The notes under the pieces are model-generated. The model saw only the letters and a program-made list of their open reading frames with translations. It had not been told where the DNA came from and did not search any database. Position numbers and translations under genes: made by a program. DNA of 63,886 nucleotides, the filler included, from Intoshia linei (Eukaryota; Animalia; Orthonectida): the NCBI GenBank assembly GCA_001642005.1. It is 8 parts of 8 records of this genome, joined end to end, with 100 filler letters (N's around TTAATTAATTAA, not from the genome) between each part and the next. Parts side by side here need not be neighbours in the genome. Positions count along the whole stretch, not along the records: positions 28,266 to 55,331 come from LWCA01000452.1; 7 more parts are not named here. The stretch is one strand, 5' to 3'. Of this stretch, positions 41,549 through 54,430 are shown in pieces; position 1 is the stretch's first letter; the number at the start of each line of letters is the position of its first letter.

Positions 41549-42855
41549 CTATTCGTATAGCTCCATGTAATCACTTTCTTGATTGATCATGCATGAATGA
41601 TCCCAATATTGGTCTTCTAATTGCGTCCATTTAATAATATTATAATGGCTTAAATGAAAATTGTTTTTTTTTAAATTTATAATAGACAGTACATTTAATA
41701 TTGGTTGAATGTGAGTAATATTTTTCATAGTTAAAAACACCCATTAGTACTTGGGCTGTGCCGTATTCAGTCCATGTTGACCCGAAGAAATTTAATAGTT
41801 ATCATATCTTGACTAATAAAAAAATAGTTTCACTAGTACAAATATGAGAACACCTCATTGTGAATGCAATGTACAGATAAAATTAACTTGGAAGTAGAAC
41901 AAAATAAATGAAATGAAATCTTGAAATTTTTAGCTATCCAAAGCTCATCATTTTTATGCGAGATCCTGGTCCAAACATATTTTGTCTACGTTTCGATTAT
42001 ATATTCTGTTAGGCCCCCTAAACATTTATTTATTAATAGTTATCATTTTACTGAAATAAAAAATGTATTTTTTAACCCTAGTGAGTGCTTTGTCGAATTT
42101 GCTATTAATTCAATTACATTTAATACAAAACAATAGAAATATTAGATACATTTGGGTTTTTTACGACTGTGATTAAACTTAATGCAACTTGATGTTGATC
42201 AATATATCTAAAACTATAAAAAAATAATATTTCAAACATACTCATCAATTGATTGAAACGTAAAGCTAATCTGATTTTTTGATTCAATCCATGATTCGTA
42301 GATTATGTCCTGACCAAACTACTTTGTCATTATTAATTAGATTTAACATTAGTTTGTTTAAAATTATGAGATTTTGTTTCATTTTTGAAAATAAATAATT
42401 AGGAATAAATTTCAGAAACCTTTCATACGACTGCATTATCTTTAAAAAACTATTATAATTATAATTTGTGTTTTTCAAAATTCAGTAAGTAATTTCTTTC
42501 GTTTTTAAAAAAAGTACTTTGGGTTTTGAAGATGCAAAGACCTGTTTATAAGAGTCAAAAACTGGCTAAGAATTTAAATTAAAATGTTTTTTAAATTTCT
42601 GGAGCTGAGTTTTCAAAATAAATGTTACACACACTGTGACACACCTTTTACTTTATATACTCTTTTTATTTCTTATTCAAAATGATAAAATAACCTCATT
42701 TCCAAAAATATGATTTATCATTTTTTTGTGATTAGACAAAATTAAATTTTTATCAATCTTGGATAAATCACTTTTATATCTAAATTTTAGATTAATATTA
42801 AAAAAATCTATTCTTTAAATAATTGTACTTACATTCTTGCATTTAATTTTACCAT
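41549..42855 (-). other. Possible multi-exon gene or pseudogene, unresolved
   Basis: Several exon-like segments with splice-like ends (MVKLNARIYKSDLSKID..., FGQDIIYESWIESK..., KWTQLEDQYWDHSC...). I could not join them into one frame. Confidence 0.25.
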
Positions 42856-43019
42856 ATTCCAAATTGGATTTCAAATTTAAATATGATATTCAAGTTGACG
42901 GATAAAACGATAGATCTCGGCTTATTACAATTCAATTTGTTTAAAATTTTTATTAAAAACAAAAAACTTAGTTTGATATTATTTTTAAGTAAAAATGCAT
43001 AAATACTGGTTCCTAAACC

Positions 43020-43093
43020 CAGAGCCAAAGTTACCAAGCTCGAGGCCACCGAAAGTGAAGAATAGCTCCAAAATTTGGGTATGGTCGGCACTG
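43020..43093. mobile_element. 74-bp hAT-type mini-element with perfect 8-bp TSD
   Basis: cctaaacc|CAGAGCCAAAG...GGTCGGCACTG|cctaaacc. Confidence 0.8.
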
Positions 43094-43330
43094 CCTAAAC
43101 CGGAATGTTTTGTCATTATTTTTTTGTCCCTTCTGAATAAAATTGCACTTGTATAAATATGGTTTGAGTTATTATTAGACATCATTATGACTTTACAATG
43201 TATTTTAATATTTCTGATTAGTATTAATCCATATACCTTTTTATGTATTACAAATGCAAATATACTTACAATTGTTAATAATTGACACACTTTAGGTGTG
43301 TGAAATGGTTTAATACATTAAATTCGAATC

Positions 43331-43338
43331 AAAAAAAA
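43331..43338 (-). terminator. Pol III oligo-T terminator of tRNA-Ser
   Basis: T8 run one nucleotide after the tRNA 3' end. Confidence 0.75.
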
Positions 43339-43339
43339 T

Positions 43340-43421
43340 CGGAGAGGACGTGATTCGAACACGCGCGGGAAAATCCCAATGGATTAGCAGTCCATCGCCT
43401 TAACCACTCGGCCACCTCCCC
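43340..43421 (-). tRNA. tRNA-Ser (anticodon GCT)
   Basis: Reverse complement GGGGAGGTGGCCGAGTGGTTAAGGCGATGGACTGCTAATCCATTGGGATTTTCCCGCGCGTGTTCGAATCACGTCCTCTCCG: 7-bp acceptor stem, A and B boxes, long variable arm, G discriminator. Confidence 0.96.
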
Positions 43422-44967
43422 ATCGACGTAACTGTCAAATTTTCACCATTTATGTGTTTCAATTACAACCAAATTAATGTGTGTTTCAATGATTAGACAA
43501 TTAATTGATTGTGGAACAAATTTGTATTTTCTAATGTAGTTTATTTAAATTACATAATGGAATGTTGTAAGCTTAGTTACCCACATGTATTACAAAACTT
43601 TAGTAAACACAGTGACAAATTGTCACTGACAATATCACTGAGATATTACAATAAGTGATGCAGAAGTTATGTGCCGAATCAACACAGAGAATCTTAAAAT
43701 GGATAATACATTTATTTTTATGTTAAAAAAGGGGAATATGTATAATACGCTTACAAAAATTGTCGTTATATTCTATTCTATTTAGTTAACCCATTTTTTA
43801 ATTCAAATGTGATTTTTAGAAATTATTTAATTTATTTCAGTTGTAAAGATGTATTTTTTGATAAGATAGATATTAATTATTTTGTATTAAATTTTACAAT
43901 TTGTATTACGATTTACATTTTATTTCAATTTTATTTAATTTAACGGTTTTATCTGCTGTTTATAATGTTTTAAATTATTTATCTCGCCAACTTTTTCTAT
44001 ATACTAAGAATTGTGAGTTATGGAGAATATTGTATCTCTAATCTTATTAAAATAGCGAACATTTTATTAAAAATGATATATTTTAATAAATTGTAACATT
44101 CTCATGAAAATATTTAGAAAAAATACTAATAAATTATCGTGATAAAGTGTTAAAATTACAAATTAAGTAAAAATTATTTCATAAGAACTTCAAATTTAAA
44201 TTCAAATTAAATTTGTTAGATTCATCAAAATAAATATTTCCATGATTAACATGTAAATTTAAAATTATTGAGTTAACTTGTGACATTTTTGGAGTGAATG
44301 GTAGCCACTGGTTACAGATGACGGTGAACGTAAACGGTTAAAAGTTTACTGTCCAGCGTTCCATTAATGGTACGCTTGTTTTAATCATTCATAGCGGCTC
44401 AATTATGATATTTATCAATTAAAAAAAATTAATTAGATTTATTAAAATACGTGTTTTCTTGTGAAATTACTATTTTTTTATAGTAAATTTAATTGATCCC
44501 AAAATCTATGGTTGAAAAAGATTATAATATCAGAAAATAAAAAAAAATTTACATTAAATAACGTCAATTGTTACTAAAAATAAATTTGTTTTATTTTATT
44601 TTTTATAAAGCTCCAACGTATTTTGTTCAACGGTTTCAAAAATAATTTGATCATTGAGCTGACTGATTCAATGTTTGAATATATAACGAATAATAAACAG
44701 AAAGTAAATTTTTAATTGTTAGATTAAAACTTTGAAAAAAATGAAAACACAGAAATTAAAGTTGTCTGAAACTTCGAAAATTGAAGGTTACATCTTAATT
44801 TATACTTCATTCTAAATGAAATCACATCTTTTTTAATTTTTGATAATCGAGTTGATCTGAAATATGTTTATAGAGTGCTGATTCCGTTAATTATTGATTA
44901 AATTGGTACTGATTCAGTAAATAAACTTTCTAGTTTCTAGGTCATTACGACACCGTCGGTCTCGGTT

Positions 44968-45852
44968 ATAGAATGTTATAAAATCCACATTTCAATTACA
45001 GTTTTTTCCGGGGTGTTAAAAAAATAAATTTCAACCGTCCGAACTCACATCTTACGGTTCAAAAAGACCAATTGTTTCTTTTTTTGAAAATCAAACGAGT
45101 TCGAGAATTTAAAACAATATATATTCTGGGCCAAAACCCAGAATGACTCTTTTTTTTAAATGAAAACAGCCCTATAGTTTTAAAAAATTTAGACGTGGTA
45201 CAGTTGTATCCTGTTAACACAGACCAAAAATTACAATCTGATTAAGTGACGCCTTCACGGTCAAAAATCATTTTAGTATTCATATATTTTTTTTCTGAAA
45301 TATTTTATCAAAACAAAAAATGTGAAATAATTAATGGTCCAAAAATTAAAAAAAAGATAATTCTGATAAACTTCTAATTCCAGTTGATATAAATACAAAA
45401 TTTCAACCCCAGAAATCTACGCATTCCCGGTCACAAATAATTTTTAATATATTATCAACCAATATTTTTCAAATATTTCGAATTAAAATAAAAATGAAAA
45501 TGCAAATTGATCATACAATTTCAAAAAAAATGTTCATTGAACGTTTACACATTTCCAATAATGAAATATGGATGAAAATCTATATAATTCATTCCTTCGG
45601 AATTTTTTTCATTGCTACGCAATTTTTAAATTTTAAATTTTCATTTTCAAAACATTTTGTAAGAAATTTTAAAAACAATTTTTATTATCACTTAAAACAA
45701 GTTTGGGAACCATTCCTTTAAAGGAATGATAATAGTGATAAGTAGGATTTTTAAGTTAGATTTTCAACGTGAATTTATTTTTTTGGTATAATAAAAAATG
45801 CTCTCGACAGAGCTAGGAACTGTTTTTACGTAGTATATAACTGTCAACCTAG
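44968..45852 (+). mobile_element. Helitron-like repeat copy, 5'-truncated
   Basis: Reverse complement of the 48653 copy; ends ctgtcaacCTAG|T. Confidence 0.75.
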
Positions 45853-46015
45853 TATATGTATATTATTATTGCGTCGTGTATTTGACCCGGCTCATTTAAA
45901 ATGATAACTTTAATCATTAGGATTAAACAATAACGTTTTTAAATATTGATACTAAATTATCAGTAAAATAAAATATCTGAATCATACAAACAGACTATAC
46001 GAATTTAACATGGGA

Positions 46016-46320
46016 TGTCTACTTAAATTCAACCATTTTTACTAAAAATCAAAATTTACCAACACTAACAGGAAAAATTGAGTTTTAACAACCTTTAAAG
46101 GAAAAATCCAGTTTTACCAACCCTAAAAGGAAAATTCTAGTTTTACCAACCTTTAAGGGAAAAATCCAGTTTTACCAACCCTAAAAGAAAAAATTTCCAT
46201 TTTACCAGCCCTAAAAGGAAAATTCTAGTTTTACCAACCTTTGAGGGAAAAATCCAGTTTTACAGAATTGCGGAGTATCCCATAAAAACTCAATATCACA
46301 AACAAAACAAAATGAAATTC
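46016..46320 (+). repeat. ~29-30 bp minisatellite array with conserved flanks
   Basis: Starts gtctacttaaat.caaccatttttactaaa and ends cggagtatcccataaaaactcaatatcac, the same flanks as the 39110-39330 array. Confidence 0.85.
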
Positions 46321-46329
46321 TCAAATAGA

Positions 46330-47132
46330 AAGATTATCGATAAAGAAGTAATTAATTTGAATTAGAAATACCAGAGTATGCAATAAATTCATTCAATGTT
46401 AATGTTAATTCAATTCCATAGAATTTAGTAGAAGAATTGATTGACTTACACAATGACATTGAGGCACAATTCATTTTTAAACAAAAGGGTCACTCTACCT
46501 TATTTTTTCAAAAAAAGAATGCATATCCAAATCTTTGGAACGAAGTGAAATTGTTACTATTGGCCTTTCCATCTACTTACCTTGTTGAGAAAGGTTTTAG
46601 CGTAGTAACTGATCTTCAATCCAAAAAGAGGAATAAACTACATTTATCAAAACGGGGTGACTTAAGATTATGCTTAACAAATATCGCTCCTGAATAAATA
46701 GCCATTAAATAAATTTGTCTATTTATCATTAATAAATAACATAAATTTATTTTTTCTTTGTAAAGCTTAAACATTTATAATGTCATGATGCCATTTCAAA
46801 TTTTTTACATTTATTCATTATAATTTATTATATTTTTTTACATACTCAGTTTTTATGGTATTTTTTTTATATATTATTTTCATGATTTATCAAATTAAAA
46901 AAATAATCTTAAATTTCATTTGTATATTTCTTAAGATATTAAAAAAACAATTATTAATTGCTTTTTTTATTATATTCCGTATCAACTCTACCGTTAAAAA
47001 AAATTGCTGCATAACATGCACTGCACATTTATAAACTTTGTAAATTAAAAAAATATCGATTGTCTTTATGGGGCAATAATTTTATTTTTGTTAAAAAATG
47101 GGCGATTCTCCAAAAAAGATTAAGAACCACTG
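46330..47132 (+). mobile_element. hAT/Buster transposase remnant (ZBED8/SCAND3-like) with 3' TIR
   Basis: YPNLWNEVKLLLLAFPSTYLVEKGFSVV...KKRNKL...RGDLRLCLT; end AAAAGATTAAGAACCACTG. Confidence 0.8.
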
Positions 47133-47523
47133 CATTAAATTAAGATGTCTATTTTAGAATACATTTACATTAATGTTAAAGTAAGTTAAATTTTAACGAA
47201 ATTGATAAAATTATATAGAACATGATATAGAATAGATACATGATTTGATCAACTACATAGTGTGCACAAAGTAAATCACCTAATTAAAGAATATAGTAAA
47301 AATATTTAAAGTATAGATCACTGAGTATCGATAGAATCATTTGACTAAGAAACCAAACTAAACGTGTTGATATTGATAATTTAGGTTTAATTAATGTATA
47401 ACCAAGTTAATTGATATAACCAAGATAATGGTTCATAGAGTTGATTTGGACATGGTTATATTCTATTTTTATATTTGTGCTTTGTTTCTATATAAATTTC
47501 ATGTACTACAATTTTTAGACTAA

Positions 47524-50143
47524 ATGATTAAATTATGGCATGAACATCCGAATTTTAGATTTTTATTATATTTAATATTTTACTTTGTATATCTCCTTGC
47601 TTGCACTGGAGTTTTTATAATTATCGAAGGGAATGTTGAAACAGAGACTAGAAAACTTTTACTGAAACACAAGAAAGATTTTTATAAAAAAATACAACAC
47701 AATGTGAGTCTCATAGAACTAGACAATTTTTTGATTGTCGTCGAGAGGTCATGCGAAAGTGGAGTTTCGGCTATTGGAAATTTGGCTTCATTTAAAGAAA
47801 AAGTTTGGACATTCGGAAATAGTCTTTTCTTTTCAACGTCTCTTTTTACAACAGTTGGTAATTTTATACAATTTTTGAATTATAAATAAATGTATACAAG
47901 TTATATTGTATTTAATACTAATACTATTTAGGTTACGGTTACACCTCGCCATTAAGTGGCTCGGGAAAAATTGTATGTATATTTTTTGCTATAACGGGCA
48001 TTCCATTAACAATCATGCTCATTACTGGAGTAGTTGATAGACTTTTATTATTAAGCCGACAGTGTTTGCGATTGACGGTATTTGTGTTGGATTTTATTGT
48101 GAGAAAATGTCGAAATAGTGACGAAAAAGACTATGTAATTAAAGAAAAAATTTATTTGGTTAGCAAAATCTCTCATATTGTGGTTTCAAGTTTATTTATT
48201 ATATTTTTTTCTGTTTTACTGCCAGCAATAATATTCAGTTTTGTGGAATTTGAGTGGACTTATATTGATGCCTTGTATTACTGCATAATTACAATAACTA
48301 CAGTTGGACTCGGAGATTTTATTCCCGGAGACAGCGTCAAAAATGCTAGTAGTGATGCTATTGAACTTTACAGAGTTTTGACGTCCAGTAATTTTATTCA
48401 TTGCGTTTGATTTATTATAATTGTAAAATTTTAGTATACATTATACTAGGAATTTGTTTGATCAGTCTGTTTATTGCCATCTTTTACAGAATCGCCAAAT
48501 TCAAGTATTATTTTTAATACCTTCTTTTTATATTATTTCTTAAGTAGCATTATTAGTTTTAAAACTGTTGGGTTGTTTTATTGGCTTTATAAATATATAT
48601 GATAAACTCATTTGAAAAAATTTTTGATTCGTTTTTTATTTTTATACATGTACTAGGTTGACTGTTATGTACTACGTACAAACAGCACTTAGCTCTGCCG
48701 AGGACACATTTTTATTATACTAAAAAAATAAATTAATGTTAAAAATATGACTTAAAAATCCTACTATTCATTATTATCAATCCTTTAAAGGAGTGGTTCC
48801 CAAACTTGTTTCAGGTGAACTATCACATTACTTTTTACTTTAAAGTGAATTATTGCATCTTAATTTTTTTTGTTAACATTTACGTGAAGAATTTTAACAA
48901 TTGTTATTTAAATTTTTCTTACAAAATGTTTTGAAAATGAAAATTTGAAATTTAAAAATTGCGTAGTAATGAAAAAAATTCCAAAAGAATGAATTATGTA
49001 GATTTTCATCCATATTTTTTTATTGAAAATGTGTAGACGTTCAATGCACATTTTTTTTGAAATTGTAGGATCAATATTTACATTTTCAATTTTTATTTTA
49101 ATCGAAATATTTGAAAAATATTGGTTGATAATATATTAAAAATTATTTTTCATCGGGAATGCGTAGATTTCTGGGGTTGAAATTTTGTATTTATATCAAC
49201 TGGAATAAGCTCTATCAGAATAATTTTTTTTTTTAATTTTCGAACCGTTAATTATTCCACATGTTTTAATAAAGTATGAATACTCAAATGCTTTTTTGAC
49301 CGTGAAGTCGTCACTTATTCGGATTGAAATTTTCTGTGTTATTAACATGATACAACTGTATCACCTGAAAATTATAGAGCTGTTTTCTTATAAAAAAAAA
49401 AGGTAATTTGGGGTTTTGGCCCTGAAGATATAATTTATTTAATTTAAATTTATGCTAATGTTTATGATTTTAAAATCCGTATCAGCGTATATATATTTTT
49501 TTTTTTAATTCTTAAATTCGTTTGATTTTGAAAAAAAAAACAATTGGAGTATTTTACCCATAAGATGTGAGTTTGGGAGGTTGAAATGTATCTTATTATT
49601 ACCACGGAAAAAAGTGTAATTGAAATGTGGACTTTATAAAATTCTAAGACTGGTAGTTATTCAAATAAAGTGGAACACACAAACAAATATTGCGTGGCAT
49701 ATTATATAAGTAAGGATTATGTGAAAATTATGAATTTACTTTAATAACCTTAAATTAACCGAGCTTTGAGAAAAATTCACTTTTATCAATCGCAAATATA
49801 AAAATACATACTCATTTAATCTCAAAAAATGCCAATTTTTTTTAATCTCGAACGGGAGCATCACTTTACAATATATAATTATATCATAAATAATCATTAT
49901 ATTGATATGCATCAAATGGTCTAAATAAATTTTAGAAAATTATCTGATTATCTACTGATGAGAATACGGTACACTGGAAATAAAAACGTAAGAGATGAAT
50001 ATCTTGGCATAAACAACACACCGATTATACCCTCCAATTCTATAAATGAAAGCATTAAAAGTACAACAAATGAAGGGGTCGATAAAGAAACATCTACCGA
50101 AACCACTATACCAGGTACTCAAAGTATATATGGGAGTGTATAG
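47524..50143 (+). CDS. Two-pore-domain K+ channel, TWIK/KCNK1-like (exons 47524-47857, 47932-48387, 48435-48504, 49936-50143)
   Basis: WTFGNSLFFSTSLFTTVGYG (P1), GIPLT, and WTYIDALYYCIITITTVGLGDFIPG (P2; GLG is typical of TWIK). Junctions are in phase. Confidence 0.88.
48653..49716 (-). mobile_element. Helitron-like repeat, both ends intact, in a K2P intron
   Basis: Minus strand reads A|TCCTTACTTATATAA...GTGTG...CTGTTTGTACGTAGTACATAACAGTCAACCTAG|T: TC start, subterminal hairpin, CTAG end, A/T target and no TSD. Confidence 0.8.
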
Positions 50144-50434
50144 ACATATAAATTTTAAAATTAAACGATCCTTTTTAATTTTCTATTGCTAATTATTTCT
50201 ATATCTCTATTTACTATTTTCAACTAGGTTTGAATTTTTTCAATAGACAAATGAATAAGTGAGAAAGAGTCAAAATCGACCCCCTATGACGACCCCTACC
50301 ATAAACAGTTAGATTAGATTAGTTAGATTGTTCAAATATTAAGTTACTTTTTTTATCAAAAAATGCAATAGCTTTAATTCAACCACTTGATATGGGTATC
50401 ATAAAATGGTTTAAAAACCATTATTATAATGTAA

Positions 50435-52763
50435 CTAGCTTGGCAGTTTTGTACTACGTACAAACAGCACCTAGCTCTGCCGAGGGCACTCTTTTATTAT
50501 ACAAAAAAAATAAATTCATGTTTAAAATCTAACTTAAAAATCCTACTATTCACTATTATCAATCCTTTAAAGGAGTGTTCCCAAATTTGTTTCAGGTGGA
50601 ACCATCATATCACATTACTTTTTACTTTAAAGTGAATTATTCCATCTTAATTTTTTTAGTTTGTTGTTAACATTTGCGTATAGAATTTTAAAAACAATTA
50701 TTATCCCATTTTTTTAATTTATTAGACAAAATGTGTGTAATAATATTAAAAATAAAGTAAAAACAGTCCAATCCTAAAAATTGTCATAAATAGCATAAAT
50801 TCCAGAAAAAATAAAATTAAGAAACCTATTTTGTCATTTTCAATGTGATGACATATATTCAGTATCAATTTAATAAATAAATCCTAAAAATTGTCATAAA
50901 TAGCATAAATTCCAGAAAAAATAAAATTATAAAACCTATTTTGCCATTTTCAATGTAATGATATATATTCAGTACCAATTTAATCAATACTTAAAAATAC
51001 CAATTATGTATCAATAATTAACCGAATTTTCACTTTATAAACATATTTCAGTCGAATTTTACCAATATTGCAAATGATTGTAGTAAATATAAAAATGATA
51101 TTAACAAAGTTGTATGACTTTTAGTTTCGTTGTGGTAGTTTTTATTTAAATTTTGTTCAAAATGTTTTGTAAATGATAATTTGAAATTTAAAAATTCCGA
51201 AGGAATGAATTATATAGATTTTCACCCATATATCTTTATTGGAAATGTGTAGACCAGTGATTCTCAACGTAGAGCGTGCGCCCCACCAGTGGGGCATAGA
51301 AAATTTGAGTGGGGCTTGTGAAAATTTGTCAAGAAATCAAGATAATCTAAACTTTGATAAATTCTCATATTTTTTGAGAACAAATTCACTCGGGTTACCA
51401 TAGAAAACTGGTTTATTGGTTAAAGAGGTATGAGATAACTGATGCTGATATATTTATAATAGTTGATAATTTGAAATTATTAAATTTTGATTTTAAAGAA
51501 AAATTTTCTGATTTAAAAAATATTGAATTTCCAGTATGGACGATGCATCCAATGCTAGCGGATGTATGTGATATCTCGACGCAATATCAAGAAGAAATCT
51601 CGGAAATGCAAAACAATGAGTCAATAAAATCAATGTTCAACATAAAATGAGTTATGTCATGGCTTTGTGATGAGACAGAAACATGAGTTATGTTACCTTT
51701 CCCTTCTTCATACTTAGCAGAATGTGGCTTCAGTGCAGTATGTGATCGGTTGATAAAGAAAAGAAACAAGTTGGATATAATCAAAAAAGGAGTTCTGCGT
51801 TTAAAGATTACAAATATCTTTGCAAAAAACACCAAACTCAAAAATCACATTAATTCATTTTTTATGAAACAAATCATATATACATAAAAAAATCTGTTAA
51901 AACACGACTATGGAAACAATTGTTACAAATTATGGTGGGGCGTAGAAATTTCTTAAGGATAAAAGTGGGGCATGACACTTAAAAAGTTGGGTAACACTGG
52001 TGTAGACGTTCAATGCACATTTTTTTGAAATTATTATTTTTTTAATTTTTCAAAAAATATACAAATATCAACTCGGGCTTTGCCTGAGGGCCGAGTTGGA
52101 GAGTCGCCACTGAAAAAATTTAATTGTAGACTACAACTAAAGATTCCATCATCATTATAAAAGATGAAAATTCCTTAATCGGGTCGGATGCCATATATTT
52201 ATTGTCAAACATATAAAAGTATAATAAATATAATATAGGCTTGTTAATTTGTCATGTTTTTTTATTGATTTTTTTACAAATATTATACTTCATCATGAAT
52301 CGTGATTTTGGGATAATCGTTTATAGGTTGACATTTATTGTTATAAGAAATATACAAATTCAAATTTAGGTTTGCAAAATAACGTTTTCAATTATAACTC
52401 TTTATACTGAACTTCTTTGAACAGCAGACTAGCAGATGTGCACAGTAACATACGTTACTGGCACTACATCGTTTTTCAAAAATACTATAAAATTAACAAA
52501 CCTGCCATTTATTCAATAAATAACTACAACTTTTATGCAAATGTTGTTGACATAGTACAATCTAGTATGTCAAAATTTACAGGTTATAGATTATAAGGTA
52601 CATTATGGTTACAAAAAATGTAAACTAATTAACGTTCCGAAAATTAATAAAATGTAATATAAATGTGGACTTTATAAAATTCTAAGACTGGTAATTATTT
52701 CAATAAAGATAAATAATACACACACACAAACAAATATTGCGTAGCATGTTATATAAGTAAGGA
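50435..52763 (-). mobile_element. Helitron-like repeat, long copy with internal ~110-bp tandem duplication and nested hAT
   Basis: Both family ends present; duplication ~50771-50880 / 50881-50990. Confidence 0.75.
51255..51999 (+). mobile_element. Internally deleted hAT/Buster element with perfect TSD
   Basis: gtgtagac|CAGTGATTCTCAAC...GTTGGGTAACACTG|gtgtagac; remnant LPFPSSYLAECGFSAV...KKRNKLDI..KG.LRL. Confidence 0.88.
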
Positions 52764-53139
52764 TTAATATTATCCATCGCACGAGTACGGATCCTCGTAG
52801 AGTTAAACACTGTAATAACTTAGTAAACCTTTGAGGAATATTCGTTATTTTTAAATGATATTAGTAGTAAAATTTAAAACAAGCTATGTGGAATTGCAAT
52901 GTATTTATTACGATTTATTTACGTTATAATAAATGTTTACTAGCCAATAATTTTGTTCCAACAGTCCCCGAGAAATTGTATATTAAATTACCGAGCCTCG
53001 ATGAAGAAAGTGTCAGAACCAGTGGGTTAAAGGTTGATTAATTTAAAAGGCGTTTATAAAATTGCAGACATGCATGCACTATATTAATAATTCACCCATC
53101 AATACATTTATTCTTAAATTAATTAATTATTAATCAGTA

Positions 53140-54373
53140 TTTATAATGAGTTTATGTTTAACAACAATTTTTCAAAAGATTGCGTATATATTCTGGTTGA
53201 TCTTTTTCCAATGTTTTTTTATTTTCAGTAATATTTGATACAAAGGATGATTCAATAACTAAATTAAAATTGATAATTTTTTCAAAATATAAAAATCATA
53301 CCATTGCTAATCTTTGAATCTTCTCTAAGTTTAATAATAATAGATTTGATGGTATCGAAAAAATTTATTCCTTGTAATTTGGTGAGAAAAAGAAAGCCAA
53401 AAGTTGAAGCAAAAACATCCACATAATGTACAAATTTCGTTGTACTCAGTTCACACCTGTCAGTGTGGTTGATGGCATAGACTAATTTTATCTAAATAAT
53501 TATATTTATAATGATAACATCCTTACTTGCATACAGAAAATACCCAAAACACAGAAAAGAAGTACATAAAAAATTTAAATTTTTTCAGAATATCAGGATT
53601 CATTATCTCAATTTGTGACTTTACCACCTTAAGATTGTTTGAACTTATTGGTTGTACCTTATTTTTTTGAAGCTAGTTTGAATTTTAACCCCGTTTAATA
53701 AATATTAAAGATAAATCTGTATAAACCTCCAATAATTTATATACATTTTTAATAGAATTAGAGATCTCTTTCACCAGTTTAATTGCAAACAATGGATTCT
53801 TTTTTCAACTTATGATTATTACAAAACTTATTACTCCCTGAATTCTCGTATTAATGTAATCGGCATATTTTTTTTTGTAGCGGATTTTATAATATACATT
53901 ACATTAGTGTTTTCAATTGCAGCGCACTAGAAAGCAATTAAAAATTTGAACACTAAAAAACAGAATAGTTTTGTAATTGTTAGGGGCTTATTTGAATTCT
54001 ATTTAAAATAATTAATTTGGCTATATTCATTTGAATTATAATTAATTTCGGAATAATTATACGCAATTTATAAATTCATTTATATAATGTACAAAAACAG
54101 TCGTTAGTTTCATTATTTCTAAAGTTTGAGAAGACCAGCTTTATGTAATGCATACTAATTTTTATTCTTATAAATTATTTATTACATTATTTTCATCTTT
54201 TTTAAAGGTATATACAATGTGTCTTTTGAGTTTTGAATTATAAACAATACGAATATTCAAGAGATTACTCATACAATTAGAAAATGTAGGATATATGTGG
54301 GTTCCATATATCTCCCAAAATCCAACATACAACATTATCGTTGCGGAAGATTCAAACATTACAGTTTCCATCT
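53140..54373 (-). CDS. Possible multi-exon membrane protein, unresolved
   Basis: Splice-bounded exons such as ..FKFFMYFFFCVLGIFCMQ|GTAAG and IKLVYAINHTDRC...FGFLFLTK..|GTATG, with hydrophobic stretches. Family not recognised. Confidence 0.35.
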
Positions 54374-54430
54374 CTAAATGTTAATTATAATTTATATGTA
54401 TACTATCCATACAATGTGTACACCGTACAT

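Noticed and set aside
42849-43290. Two overlapping ORFs with a TM-like stretch
   Set aside because: The coding-looking GC-rich core is the 74-bp hAT mini-element and its TSDs.
46016-46300. CRISPR-like periodic array (also 39110-39310, 39790-40100)
   Set aside because: Units are contiguous and degenerate with no unique spacers, there are no cas genes, and the context is eukaryotic. It is a minisatellite.
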